DNA of 64,000 nucleotides from Candidatus Wolframiiraptor gerlachensis (GCA_021323375.2 JAJPCT020000018.1:32001-96000); one strand, 5' to 3'; numbered from the stretch's first letter, positions 47,921-58,491 are shown. Numbers and translations are program-made. The notes: a model not told the origin generated them from the sequence alone.

Positions 47921-50710
47921 CTAGGACATCCTTCGCTGCCTTATAATGGCGACTGCGGACAATGCGACAGCAATTATCGAGATCACCAGCACGATAGTTG
48001 CTATTATTAATAGGTTCTGGACAGCATCTCTTAGATCAGAGGTCTCTTTATGTAACACCGCGACATTGGCGCCCAGTTCTGATAGTGACTTGCTGATATC
48101 GCTCATTGTTGCGGTCGTCCTGCTCTCGAGATTTTAAACCGCCGTATTCACCGTGGTAACGCTTTCCACAGTCTTTCCAATTGCGCTTTCAACGCCCTTA
48201 AGAGCATCCGCAAGGTCTTTTGATAATTCTTCAATTCTTCGGGCGACATCCTCTGATACAACCTTAACCGACTCCTCGACGCCCCTCTTTAGCGGCTCTA
48301 TGTTTAGGACGTCAACGAATTCCTTAACCGCGGCCACGAAAGCAACTTCATCACTATATGCGGCAATGGTGAACTCGTAGAGCCCTCCAGGCCTCAGCTT
48401 AGCGGTGAAGTCCGGATCTAGTTTAATAGCAAACCTTGTTGGCGTGACCCTATCTCCCTCGCCAACTTTTACTACGCTGCCCGTCAGCGGATCCTTAACG
48501 AGATACTTCACGTGGAGTGCTCCAGGTCCTTTAACATCAACTATTAGTGTTGATTCGCCACCTGGGACTATTGTGGATTTTCCAACGCTTACTATCTCAA
48601 CAGGCTCTGGCAGGCCCCAGTAATTATCTCCGGGCTTGAATGGATAATTCTCATCCCTATATGCGGTGAACTCAGCATACTGCGCCGCCGGATCGAATTT
48701 TGTTAACATGAATGGGCCGTTGCCTATCCACATCAGGCCATAGGCCTCATACCACTTTAATGCAGCATCATATCTCGCCATCGCGTTATCCGCGGTTTCA
48801 TAGGTTTTGCCATTTATGGTGAACCAGCTCTCTGGGAAGAATGCAGCCGACTTCATCTCCTTAATCACATCGGCAACCGCGGCCGCATGATCTTTAAGCA
48901 CTAGGCTCAGCCATGGTATTCCAAGCTTTGTTGCGGCAGTGTCACTATATGCGTAGGTCTTCTTCTCGAAGACGAGCTTATCCATGGCGGCCCACACCTC
49001 CCAGGGCACGGTCATGCAGGGAGCAGAGGCCGGCCAGATAATAGCAGCTTGATCGGCTATGTAAGCTGGCTCAAAGTGCCAATAGTCAATGTAAACCTCC
49101 ACCCTCTCGTCAGGTAGTATTCTTATCCCCCTTATCAGCTCGAAGGCTGGAGCAATTCTAGAAGCTATAGCAGGTTCTATTGCGCTTTTCTCCGGGTCCA
49201 TGGCTAGATCCCATAATGCCGCTAAGTTATGTATCATGTCGGCGAGTGATATCTGAATTCCATGATGCCACTTGGCCTTGAATAGCTTGGAGAAGTCAAA
49301 AGTCACCTTACTGGTTGCCTTTGTCCCCGCTGGAACATTAATCCACCTATCATTCACCGCGTCCCAGACGACAGCATCAGAAGGAACGTTAAGTTTTCCA
49401 TCGGGCCCAGCGGTCTCAACATCATAGGAAGCTCGAATGGCAATCGGCAATCCATTAAAGGGATGACGGGCCATTACTGGATCACACGTGGAGGCAGCAA
49501 GGTCTACAGAGTATACATCTTCGAACCCCCCAACAGGGTTCCATGTCGTTCTCTCCGTCCAAATCCATAGATGTCCAACTACCAGTGTATCCTTTCCCGG
49601 GATGTAGGCGTTTCTAACAACATGCCAAGCTCTAATCCCGGCTCCGATATCATTAGTTATGCCCGTGACTTCCGCCCTCGTCGGATACGCCTCCATTCTC
49701 GTGATTCCCCAAATCCTTATCGACTCCTGTATCGACATCTCGGACATCCTTCGATATAATTCATCTCTCTCTGTCTTGCTCTTGAACTGGCCTTGATAGA
49801 TTCTCAGCCCTAGATCATCTATAGTAGAGTTCTCATATTGCCAGTAGCCCGCCTCCTGTCATCCGGGCATAAAGCCGAACCATGGTGCATTGAATTGGTT
49901 TATTGTCCCAATATCATATTTCTCAGGAGCTGTCTTGCCCCAGCCCTCCGTGTATAGGTGCCACTCGAAGTCCTTTGGATCCGTGCCATACACCTTCTCA
50001 ATCGCTACTCCAAACGGCGCATAAATCCTCTCAATAGTAAATCCAAGCCTCTCAAGCTCTGTTGCAAACGTGTCGCCGATCTCTCTCCTCTCATCCTCGA
50101 TCCTTATTATGAACTTTAAGGTAACAGGCTTGCCATTGTAATACCATTTTCCGCCGATTTTCTCAGCACCCATTCTCGTCATTTCCTCATCAACTATTTG
50201 AGCAGCTAGAGCTGGATCATACTTGAAATCATACTTCGCGATTATGTCGAATATTGTCGTGTAGTCTGGGTCATACGTTGATAGGAATGTTACCATCGGC
50301 GCGGCGAACCCCTCGTAGATATTGGTCACGATGAACTCCCTGTTGAATGCGTACTGGAGGGCTAGCCTAATCCTCTTATTGGCCAATGGATTTAATTCTC
50401 CTGCGGGAGCTGGCGCCGGGTTCAAAATGATGTCAACAAGGCCGGCTGGAGCCATGTAAAGCCTTACATTGGGATCGCCCATCAATGCCTTAGCTTGAGC
50501 AGGTCTCAGGGCAAACTGATACATATCGATATCGCCGGCTTGAATAGCCTTTGGTGCCAGATCGACAGGAACCCGCTTATAGATCACCTTCTCAACGGCT
50601 GGCCCCGGCATTGTATGAGGAGCTCTATACTGAGCAAGCGCCGGCGAGATCATCAGAGACACCGCCAAGATCACTAGCAGGGACAAGAGGAATATTTTCC
50701 TAGAATTCAT
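47921..50710 (-). pseudogene. Family 5 (Opp/Dpp) solute-binding protein, ~929 codons, with in-frame TGA (49859-49861) and TAA (48134-48136)
   Basis: ORFs 49859-50710, 48134-49747 and 47921-48106 share one frame: GFMPG*QEAGYWQYEN and VNTAV*NLESRTTATMSDIS. Signal peptide at the N-terminus; coiled coil and TM anchor at the C-terminus. Confidence 0.85.
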
Positions 50711-52195
50711 CGTTATTACTCTTATCAGCTTGTTTATTAGTATTTTTATACTTTCTCACGGACTTACTTCTTTTCTGAGAAATCATTCTCATCACTGAGA
50801 ATGGTATTCCTGCTAGCATTATTGTTGCTTGGGTTTGGAAGGCCTCTGCGATGGCGTTGGTAAGGTTGCTTGCCGCGATATTTTCCCCAATGTTTGCTGT
50901 TCTCTCCATTATTATTAGCTGTGTGGCGGCTTCGTATGAAGTTGCTTGGACGAGTGATATTACTGCTATGTTTAGGCTTATCAGGAATCCTATGTTGAAG
51001 GAGAGGGTTCTTATGGCTGAGGCGACCCCCCTCCTTTCTGGTGGAACGGATGTCATTATTGAGCTGGTGTTGGGCGAGATGAAGAGGCCCCCGCCAATGC
51101 CGAGGATTATCGTCGCGGTTATCACATGGGCTAGGCTTGTCGCGGCGCTTATCTTGGATAGCATGAGCAGGCTCGCTCCCGCGAGTAGTAGCCCTGTTGT
51201 GGTCGGCATCTCGAACCCCTTCTTATCAGATATTCGGCCGCCCACGACCCCGAAGACTAGGAATGAGAGTTCGAAGGGTGTTATCAGTAGTCCTGTTAAG
51301 GATGCTGAGTAATTTTCCAAGACTTCGAGAAAGATTACTATTAGGGTTAATGATGCACCGAAGCCCATGGAGTAGAGGAGCTGGGCTATTATCCCTCCCG
51401 TGAATTGAAGATTCCTGAATATTGATAGGTCGAGTGCCCTGCATCTGCCACGTCGCTCATGAGCTATGAAGAGCGCGAATAGTATTGTTGCGAGGATCAT
51501 GGAGAGTATTGCCTCGCTGAGCCACTGGGCGGCATTCATCATCATCGTCAAGCCCATGGCCATGGAGAATAGGAATGATGTGAATAGCAGGAATCCGGGA
51601 ATGTCGAGGCAAGTCTTCTGCGGGGGCTTATATGTTTCTCTCAGGGTTCTCATGCTCCATATGAAGGCGGCGAATCCCATGGGGACGTAGAATAGGTAGA
51701 TCCATCTCCATCCCAGCATGTCTATTATAATTCCGCTTAGCGTCAGCCCTAGGAGCGCTCCTACTCTCCAAGCGATCTGGTTTACGCCGAGCCATGTCCC
51801 CAAGACGCTGCGGGGGAGATTATCCGTCAGGATTGTTACGCTAAGAGTCATTAGGAATGCAGAGCCCACCCCCTGCAGGATCCTTGATGCTATCAGCATT
51901 TGTGGGCTTAATGCTAGTCCTGATGCCAGGCCGCCGAGCGTGAAGATCAGCAAGCCCGCGTTAAAGAGCCTCACTCTGCCGAATAGGTCGGCGAGATCCC
52001 CGACAACCAGCTGTATGATTGTGGATCCTATTAGGAAGCCCTGAATTATCCATAATGCCTCATCAAATCCTGCTCCGAGTTCATGTGCGATGATTGGGAA
52101 TCCGACGAGGGCGAGTCTAACATTTAAGCCAGTTAGAAATGATGCTAGAGTTGTAACGGATAAGACCGTTAATACCCTCCCGCGCTCAGGCCCAT
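50700..52195 (-). pseudogene. MFS transporter (DHA2/EmrB-like) with a disrupted start
   Basis: The frame is open 77 codons upstream of 51974 (GRVLTVLSVTTLASFL...GDLADLFGRVR, motif A) with no in-frame start. ATG 52195 is one base out of frame (ATGGG-CCT). The C-terminus runs into the start of the next gene. Confidence 0.7.
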
Positions 52196-52321
52196 CCGTC
52201 CCTACTCACCTTATGCTTGCCAGTTAGGAATCGCGGTTACATCTTATACTATAAGCCTTGCCGAGATCAATAGCAACCCTCCTAACATCATTTTTCAGAA
52301 ATGCGGCTCAGAGGCTACGGG

Positions 52322-52627
52322 TTATTGCCCGGCGTCTTTCTTCCTTTTCCTAGCATGATACTCGATGGATGCTATCTCCTTCTCCGTCTCCTCTATGATT
52401 CTGCTAGGCCTGCTTGCCAGGTAATGAAAGGCTAGGCCGATGCCCCATCCCGCGAGGATGAAGGGGAACCATAAGGAGCCAGGGCTTGTCCAAAGGTTGA
52501 TGAAGATGAGGAAGGCATTCACGATTACGTATGCTGCGAGATGGCTGACGAAACCTCTTCTAGCCTCGGTCACCCGAAGCTCCTTTAAGGCCTCCTTGAA
52601 ATTCTCGAGAGATATCTCTTCACCCAT
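52322..52627 (-). CDS. 2TM domain membrane protein (start ATG 52627)
   Basis: GF..HL..Y..VN..L..IN, W...P...WGIGLAFH. Confidence 0.85.
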   Translation of the reverse strand: MGEEISLENFKEALKELRVTEARRGFVSHLAAYVIVNAFLIFINLWTSPGSLWFPFILAGWGIGLAFHYLASRPSRIIEETEKEIASIEYHARKRKKDAGQ

Positions 52628-52640
52628 CTTCTTGCGAGCG

Positions 52641-53011
52641 TTAATCATGGATCATGGTATATAAGCTTTCACGAGCATCAGTCTTGCTCCGCTCGACCTC
52701 GACGGCTGTTCCATATGATGAGACTAGAACTACGGTCTGGAACACTTCCGTGGTCCCGAAGTCTATTCCCACGACGGCGTTCGCGCCGAGCTTTCTAGCC
52801 TCTTCAACAATCCTTCTTAAAACCTCCTCCTGGCCTTCTGCATCTCCTTGGTGATTGCTGAGACCTCTCAGCCAAAGGCCGTCTGTATGCTGGCTATAAA
52901 CCCGCCACCAACACCGCGAGTCCTCGCTGTCATCCCATGAACCACCCCGAGAATCCTCTTAACCCTATAACCCAGAATACTCGGCGTCATAACGAGAATC
53001 ACTTCGCTCAT
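52641..53011 (-). pseudogene. YbjQ / UPF0145 family protein, decayed
   Basis: MSEVILVMTPSILGYRVKRILGVV...FG*EVSA (TGA 52868-52870 at the conserved GGE), a frameshift after KAR, then EEARKLGANAVVGIDF...YGTAV. Confidence 0.85.
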
Positions 53012-53104
53012 GATCCTTCACAGCTCATGGATGATGATCGGATATAGCCTTTTTTCCATGATTAGGAAAAATCTAAACTCGGGGCTATGCCTTAGTCACA
53101 TGGA

Positions 53105-54349
53105 ATGAGCAGGGTTCTCCTAATTCCTGTCGCATCTCCACTACATGATCCAGCGGCCGTGAGAAGGATCCTTGAGGAGTATCGCAACTGTTTGCAGGGG
53201 GAGGTTGATGAGATTCTCCCACTGATTACCGAGAAGAAGCAGTTGGATGGACTCAAGTCCATTAGGGACAGCCTGGCCGTGGTCGTCCCGCTGACGGGCG
53301 GCACAGAACACGTGATTCAAGCGATCTTTGAGCTTGTTGGCGAGCAGGGCTTCCTCCTCCTATCCCCCAGCCCCATGATGAATAGCCTTCCAGCAGCCTT
53401 AGAGGCATTCTCAGCCCTGAGAAGCTCTGGGAGAGCATGGATTGTCGCCGAGTGGCCTCCCGGCGCGAGAATACGGAGATTCATGAAGGCCTGGAGGGCG
53501 ATTCAAGGAATTAGGAGCATGAAGATCGGGCTTATCGGGGAACCATCTCCATGGCTCATATACAGCTCCGGGCCCCCCGTCAAGGAGGGCTTAATGAGTA
53601 TGTTTGAGAGCTTAAGGCTCATCAGGCTCGGCCTCGAGGAGCTCTACAGCGAGATGGATAAGCCTCTTGATGATTACTTGGTTGATGAGGTGGCGGGGAG
53701 GGCGCTCTCCCTCAGGGTTCCCCGAGGAGATGTTGAGAGGGCCATGAGAGTATATTTGGCGTTGAGGAGGCTTTTCGAGGAGTATCGACTGGATGCTGTC
53801 TCGATCAGATGCTTCGACTTAATCGGGCGCGTTGATACGACGGCATGCCTCGCCGCATCACTTCTCAATAGCGAGCTGAGGATTGTCGGGTGCGAGGGGG
53901 ATCTGCCGGCGCTCATAACCATGCTGCTTTTCTCCAAGCTCACGGGCTCATCCTCCTTCATGGGAAACATTACGTGGATCGAGGATAATATCATCACAAT
54001 CGCCCACTGCTCAGCCCCCATATCCATGCTCAGAGGATTCGAACTCGACACGCATTACGAGTCCGGGAGAGGTGTGGGGGTAAAGGGATGGTTTGATGAG
54101 GGTCATCCAGTTACTTTGGGGAGGCTCGACCCCCTAACAAGAACCCTTAGATACATGGTTGGCGTGGTGCTGGAGACTGCTCCCAGCGAAGGTGCGTGTA
54201 GGACTCAGCTCAGGGTGAGGGTTTCGGGGAGTACCCGCGTAATCATCGAGGAGGCAATCGGCAACCACTATGTGATCGTGCTGGCCGACCTATCCGAGGA
54301 GCTGAGATACGTGGCGCGAATATTAAACGTAAAGTTGGATGGGACATAA
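53105..54349 (+). CDS. L-fucose/L-arabinose isomerase-related protein
   Basis: TGGTE, NSLPAALE, RCFDL, TTACLA, GCEGD, AHC..P..M, CRTQ, GNHY. Confidence 0.7.
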   Translation: MSRVLLIPVASPLHDPAAVRRILEEYRNCLQGEVDEILPLITEKKQLDGLKSIRDSLAVVVPLTGGTEHVIQAIFELVGEQGFLLLSPSPMMNSLPAALEAFSALRSSGRAWIVAEWPPGARIRRFMKAWRAIQGIRSMKIGLIGEPSPWLIYSSGPPVKEGLMSMFESLRLIRLGLEELYSEMDKPLDDYLVDEVAGRALSLRVPRGDVERAMRVYLALRRLFEEYRLDAVSIRCFDLIGRVDTTACLAASLLNSELRIVGCEGDLPALITMLLFSKLTGSSSFMGNITWIEDNIITIAHCSAPISMLRGFELDTHYESGRGVGVKGWFDEGHPVTLGRLDPLTRTLRYMVGVVLETAPSEGACRTQLRVRVSGSTRVIIEEAIGNHYVIVLADLSEELRYVARILNVKLDGT

Positions 54350-54419
54350 GAGTGGGGATATGCCAATAAGATCTTCTGCGTAGAGCTTGAAAAGTTACCA
54401 CATTATTCTTCACATCCTT

Positions 54420-55349
54420 CTAGGATTTCTCGAATCTTCTTCTTAGCTCCATAATTAGCTCCTCTAGGCTTGTGTACGTATCTTTTCTTAGCTGTTTTAG
54501 TATGACGCTTGCCGGGACCCGTGTCTTAGGATCTATGTCTATCAGCTTCCACCCATGCATTTTGATGAGCTCCTGCTTTGTCGCCGGGAATCTTGCGCCC
54601 CTCAGGACCTCCTCAAGCGAGTCTATTCCGAACTTTGATGTGACGGGTGGAAGCTCGCCCCTCTTCAGGAACTTCTCCATTCTCGCTGCATCGAGATACA
54701 TCGCTATCCCATGGAAGCTCAGGTATACCTTCTTGGATTTCCTCCTCTCAGCCCTCTCCCTGATCTCCTTTAAGTCCTCATCCGTGAGCTGGTATATGTT
54801 ATGCTCACCCTTCCCAAATATCCTGCTATAAGCTATCTCCTCATCATCATATGGTGGATCCTCCCTCGAGTAGTCCGCGACAGGTATAATGTTCATGCTC
54901 TTTAGGGCTTCTATGGTTTCAGTTGAGCCCGCCGCCCACCCGCATCTGGGCTCGAGGACGAGCCTGACATCCCCCAGATCCACATGATCGAGGATCCTTG
55001 AGAGGTTTATCTCGATCTCCTTGAGATTCATGCTTCTCGGGACCTCCAGCACTATTATCCTCGATCCCAGTATCCTGCATAGTTCTAGGTGCTTCTCCAG
55101 CAGCTCTATAAGTTGACTTGATGGTGTAAGCCTCCACTTATGGGTGATGAGCCTATTGGCCTTTATCGAGAACTCGAAGCTGCTTGGAACCCTCCTTCTC
55201 CATGAGGCGACGATCTCGATCTTCGGGAGGCTGTAGAACGTGGAATTCACCTCGACGAATCTAAATGCTAGAGAGTAGAGTTTCAATGGATCCTCGCCCA
55301 GCGCCTGGAAATAGCTCCAACCACCACATCCAATGATTATCTCTGCCAT
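54420..55349 (-). CDS. DUF72 (YecE-like TIM-barrel) protein with a C-terminal DUF2795-like domain
   Basis: IGCGGWSY, FVEVNSTFY, F.F.IKA...ITH; C-terminal LRGARFPATKQELI. Confidence 0.8.
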   Translation of the reverse strand: MAEIIIGCGGWSYFQALGEDPLKLYSLAFRFVEVNSTFYSLPKIEIVASWRRRVPSSFEFSIKANRLITHKWRLTPSSQLIELLEKHLELCRILGSRIIVLEVPRSMNLKEIEINLSRILDHVDLGDVRLVLEPRCGWAAGSTETIEALKSMNIIPVADYSREDPPYDDEEIAYSRIFGKGEHNIYQLTDEDLKEIRERAERRKSKKVYLSFHGIAMYLDAARMEKFLKRGELPPVTSKFGIDSLEEVLRGARFPATKQELIKMHGWKLIDIDPKTRVPASVILKQLRKDTYTSLEELIMELRRRFEKS

Positions 55350-55441
55350 ACCCGGCGCATCCCGCCGGCTCTATCTAGTCAAATAAGCCTTCGGAGATTT
55401 ATATTCATAGGGCTCAAGCTTCATGATGGGGCTCCCGAGGG

Positions 55442-56617
55442 TTGATTAGGATAGGGACGAGTGGGTGGAGTTATAAGGATTGGGAGGGTGTCTTCTATGA
55501 ACCGGGCGAGAGCAAGCTCCAGAAGTATTGCAGGGTTTTCGACACCGTTGAGATAGACTCGACCTTCTACTCGTATCCCAGTCCGGATGTCGTGGAGAGG
55601 CTGGCCCGCCATACTCCAAGGAACTTCATATTCGCGGCCAAGATACCGTTGGTGATAACCCATGATAAGAAGCTCGATCCAAGTAAGGGTGCTCTGAAGG
55701 ATTTAAGCAGGTTCTTGGAGCTTTTGAGACCTCTTAGGGACTCGAGGAAGCTCGGCCCCCTGCTCATCCAGCTGCCGCCGAAGTTCGAGTATGAGAAGCA
55801 TGCCGAGGTCCTCGAAAGGTTTCTAGCGGAGCTGCCGGGCGAATACATGTTCGCGGTCGAGTTTCGGGATGAATCATGGCTGAGGGATGATGTGATGAGG
55901 ATATTATCGAGGTATAATGTTGCATACACGATCGTTGATGAGCCTCTCCTCCCGCCGGAGACGCATGTAACCGCGGACTTCGCCTACATAAGATGGCATG
56001 GTAGGGGGAGGAGCCCATGGTACTATTATCATTATAGCAGGGAGGAGCTGGAGGCGTGGAAGCCCAAGATAATCGAGGTATCAGGGAGGGTGAAGAGCGT
56101 CTACGGGTACTTTAACAACCACTTCAAGGGGTATGCTGTTCATAACGCATTACAAGTGCTTGAGATCCTTGGCGTGATAACCCCGGCTCAGAGGAGGGTT
56201 CTCGAGGAGGTGGAGAGGAATCTGAGGCATGGTGTTATGGAGCAGCCCAAGCTATCACAGATCCTCCCGCCGGAGAAGATCCCGGATAACGTTGAGGACA
56301 TGTTGAAGCTCCTGACGAATCAGGCTAGGCTCAGGAGGGCTAAGGAGATAGGCGGCGGGGAGATAGAGGTTCTTGAGAGGACGGAGAGCACGTTGTCGGC
56401 GAGGGTTAAAGAATATAGAGTTTTCATAGACCTGGAGAGGAGGATGATCATCCATGATTGCGCTGACTGGGCGAGGGTCAAGGATGTGCTGAGCTTCTGT
56501 AAGCATCTAGCAGCCCTAATGCTCAGGCTCGAGCCAGATTACTCGAAGAGGATCCTGAGGGAGATACTGATGGATAGGGCTTCATGGACTTTCGCCGATT
56601 ATCTAGATTCCTCCTAA
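55442..56617 (+). CDS. DUF72 protein with a C-terminal SWIM-type zinc finger
   Basis: IGTSGWSY.DW, VEIDSTFY, LIQLPP, AVEFR, YIRWHGR, YFNNH; then HDCADW...FCKHLAA. Confidence 0.85.
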   Translation: MIRIGTSGWSYKDWEGVFYEPGESKLQKYCRVFDTVEIDSTFYSYPSPDVVERLARHTPRNFIFAAKIPLVITHDKKLDPSKGALKDLSRFLELLRPLRDSRKLGPLLIQLPPKFEYEKHAEVLERFLAELPGEYMFAVEFRDESWLRDDVMRILSRYNVAYTIVDEPLLPPETHVTADFAYIRWHGRGRSPWYYYHYSREELEAWKPKIIEVSGRVKSVYGYFNNHFKGYAVHNALQVLEILGVITPAQRRVLEEVERNLRHGVMEQPKLSQILPPEKIPDNVEDMLKLLTNQARLRRAKEIGGGEIEVLERTESTLSARVKEYRVFIDLERRMIIHDCADWARVKDVLSFCKHLAALMLRLEPDYSKRILREILMDRASWTFADYLDSS

Positions 56618-56665
56618 GCCCTAAATGCTTAATGAGGACTAGAGTGATATCTATGGTGTGGGAGC

Positions 56666-57061
56666 TTGAGCGAGGATGTTGAGCAGGCTCTAAGAGATCT
56701 TCTAAGGTCGGTTGATAAGGGAATCATCGAGAGAACCGCAGCTGATATCCTGAAGGCTCTTCTCCTCCTCTATGGCTCTGCTTGGGAGGGCGACTTGATG
56801 GATACATTGGCCGGTTTATGGAGTGTTAGGGGGATGGGGTTGAAGGAAATGGGAGAGGCCGAGGCGGCTGTACCCGAGGCTGAGAAGCTCCTTGTGGAGA
56901 AAGGGCTGATAAGGGTTGAGAAGAGGTATAGGGCTGATCTCGGCGAGAGCGGCCCCATATTGGAAAAATTCATCTCGACAGATCACCTACTCCTATTGAT
57001 GAGGGTGTTTAGCGGGGATATCGAGCTGGATAGATACAGGTATCAGATGATGCAGGGCTAG
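56666..57061 (+). CDS. Hypothetical protein, possibly winged-helix
   Basis: Coding-like composition; L..L.EKGLI.VE resembles the segment before a wing. Confidence 0.6.
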   Translation: MSEDVEQALRDLLRSVDKGIIERTAADILKALLLLYGSAWEGDLMDTLAGLWSVRGMGLKEMGEAEAAVPEAEKLLVEKGLIRVEKRYRADLGESGPILEKFISTDHLLLLMRVFSGDIELDRYRYQMMQG

Positions 57062-57114
57062 AGTACTGGTGGTAAGGCTTATTCGATTCTCGAGCATCTC
57101 TTATTTTTCGGGAT

Positions 57115-57585
57115 ATGAGACTCTATCTCGTCCAGCATGGTGAGGCGAGGCGCGAGGAAGAGGACCCATCTAGGCCGCTGACGGAGGGTGGGAGGATCGA
57201 GGTTGAACGTGTCGCGGAGTTCCTAGCGAGGGCTGGCGTGAAGGTTGATAGAATTCTTCATAGCGGGAGGCTTAGAGCGGCTCAGACGGCGGAGATACTC
57301 GCGAGACATTTAAGGCCATCTAAGGGTGTGGAGGGCGCTGAGGGGCTTGACCCACTCGCGGATCCAAGTATATGGGCTGGGAGGCTTAGAGAGGTGGATG
57401 AGGACTTGATGATAGTCGGCCACCTGCCACATCTCGCCAAGCTCGCAAGCCTGCTCACATTTGGAAACCCTGAACCCCAGATCATCGAATTCAGATATGG
57501 AGGGGTCGTATGCCTTGAGAGGAAGGCCAGCGGCTCATGGAGCATCCTGTGGATAATCAGGCCCGATATAATCCCGAGCAGGTAA
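57115..57585 (+). CDS. sixA: Phosphohistidine phosphatase SixA
   Basis: LVQHGEA, RPLT..G, HS..LRA.QTA, IVGHLP. Confidence 0.88.
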   Translation: MRLYLVQHGEARREEEDPSRPLTEGGRIEVERVAEFLARAGVKVDRILHSGRLRAAQTAEILARHLRPSKGVEGAEGLDPLADPSIWAGRLREVDEDLMIVGHLPHLAKLASLLTFGNPEPQIIEFRYGGVVCLERKASGSWSILWIIRPDIIPSR

Positions 57586-57627
57586 GCCGCAAATAATTTA
57601 AAGGTGGGGGCGGGGAACCTATGCGGG

Positions 57628-58020
57628 ATGGACAGGATTGAGAATATGAGGCAGCGGCTGGCGAAGATACATCTCACACTAAAGGCTCCGCCAGAGCGCA
57701 TTGAGAAGATCTTGACTGAGGTTCTGGAGGCAGGGAGATCGGTTGGTCTAAGTCCCGAGAGGAGGGCTGAGGGCTATGCCCTCATACCATCACGCGAGGC
57801 AGCAGTCATAGGTCTCCCGCATCTAAGAGTTGCTATCATAAGTGATCTTCTAACAGTATGGGTTAGAGCACCGTATTCATTGGATGAGGAGAGATGTGTA
57901 ATCGCGGGGATAAATGCTGGAGAGCTATACGAAATGATCCTAGCTGGAGCGATGAGGATAGCCGAAGTCATGAGAAAGCATTCTACCAGTGGAGAATTCC
58001 TCCAAATATCTTTGCCATAG
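57628..58020 (+). CDS. Hypothetical protein (start ATG 57628)
   Basis: Open frame with a TATA-like TTTAAA (~57597-57602) upstream; no family recognised. Confidence 0.6.
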   Translation: MDRIENMRQRLAKIHLTLKAPPERIEKILTEVLEAGRSVGLSPERRAEGYALIPSREAAVIGLPHLRVAIISDLLTVWVRAPYSLDEERCVIAGINAGELYEMILAGAMRIAEVMRKHSTSGEFLQISLP

Positions 58021-58144
58021 GCTTGGATCACTAGTCATGGCAATTGGCCGGGGAGGCTATCCAGATTCCCCGGGCTCGGGCACAAAATTCTCCAGGAAAC
58101 ATTTACCACATCGCAATCTCACGGATCTACAGTATTCCTTCCTG

Positions 58145-58237
58145 CTCAAGCAAGATCGTTCAAAGCGGATCCTGAAGGAGATACTGGTAGATAGGTCTTC
58201 ATGGACCTTTGCTGACTACTCCTCGGATATCTCCTAA
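58145..58237 (+). repeat. Diverged second copy of the 3' end of the DUF72-SWIM gene (first copy 56528-56617)
   Basis: LKQDRSKRILKEILVDRSSWTFADYSSDIS* versus LEPDYSKRILREILMDRASWTFADYLDSS*; both end CTCCTAA. Confidence 0.85.
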
Positions 58238-58379
58238 AAACCAGCCTTGTAGCTCAGGATAATCAAGCTCGGACATGGGAAGGTTGCATGCCTTGATAAA
58301 ATGCAAACAATCCTTTTGTGATTAGAAGTCTGGCAGGCATTATCCTTGATTCTCCCCTCTCTAGGTCTGGAGTTTTTGA

Positions 58380-58491
58380 TGGCGCCGGGGGCGGGATTTG
58401 AACCCGCGCGGCCCCGAGGGGCCACGGGCTATCTCTCATGAAAATGTTTTAGCTCAAGGCCCGCGCCTTATCCTGGCTTGGCTACCCCGGC
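58380..58491 (-). tRNA. tRNA-Ser(TGA) with a 22-nt intron at position 37/38 (58431-58452) and encoded CCA
   Basis: GCCGGGG acceptor, anticodon stem CGGGC-CT-TGA-G/A-GCCCG, long variable arm GGCCCCTCGGGGCC, T-loop GGTTCAAATCC, discriminator G followed by CCA. Confidence 0.92.

Noticed and set aside
33670-52870. Genome-wide UGA reassignment or selenocysteine, suggested by three in-frame TGAs (33670, 49859, 52868)
   Set aside because: TGA terminates many intact genes here (fucK, glcD-like, AOR, thermosome). The three sites imply different residues (unknown, Trp, Gly), two of the genes carry additional lesions, and no redox motif or SECIS-like hairpin was seen.
57989-58237. 82-aa ORF as a real gene
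   Set aside because: Only the last ~30 codons are protein-like (the duplicate DUF72-SWIM tail), and the start overlaps the upstream gene.
58240-58400. Integrated element with an att site at tRNA-Ser
   Set aside because: No integrase and no duplicated tRNA 3' end were found by eye in the window.
58234-58425. 63-aa ORF on the minus strand
   Set aside because: It starts inside the tRNA-Ser gene and translates the T-arm.
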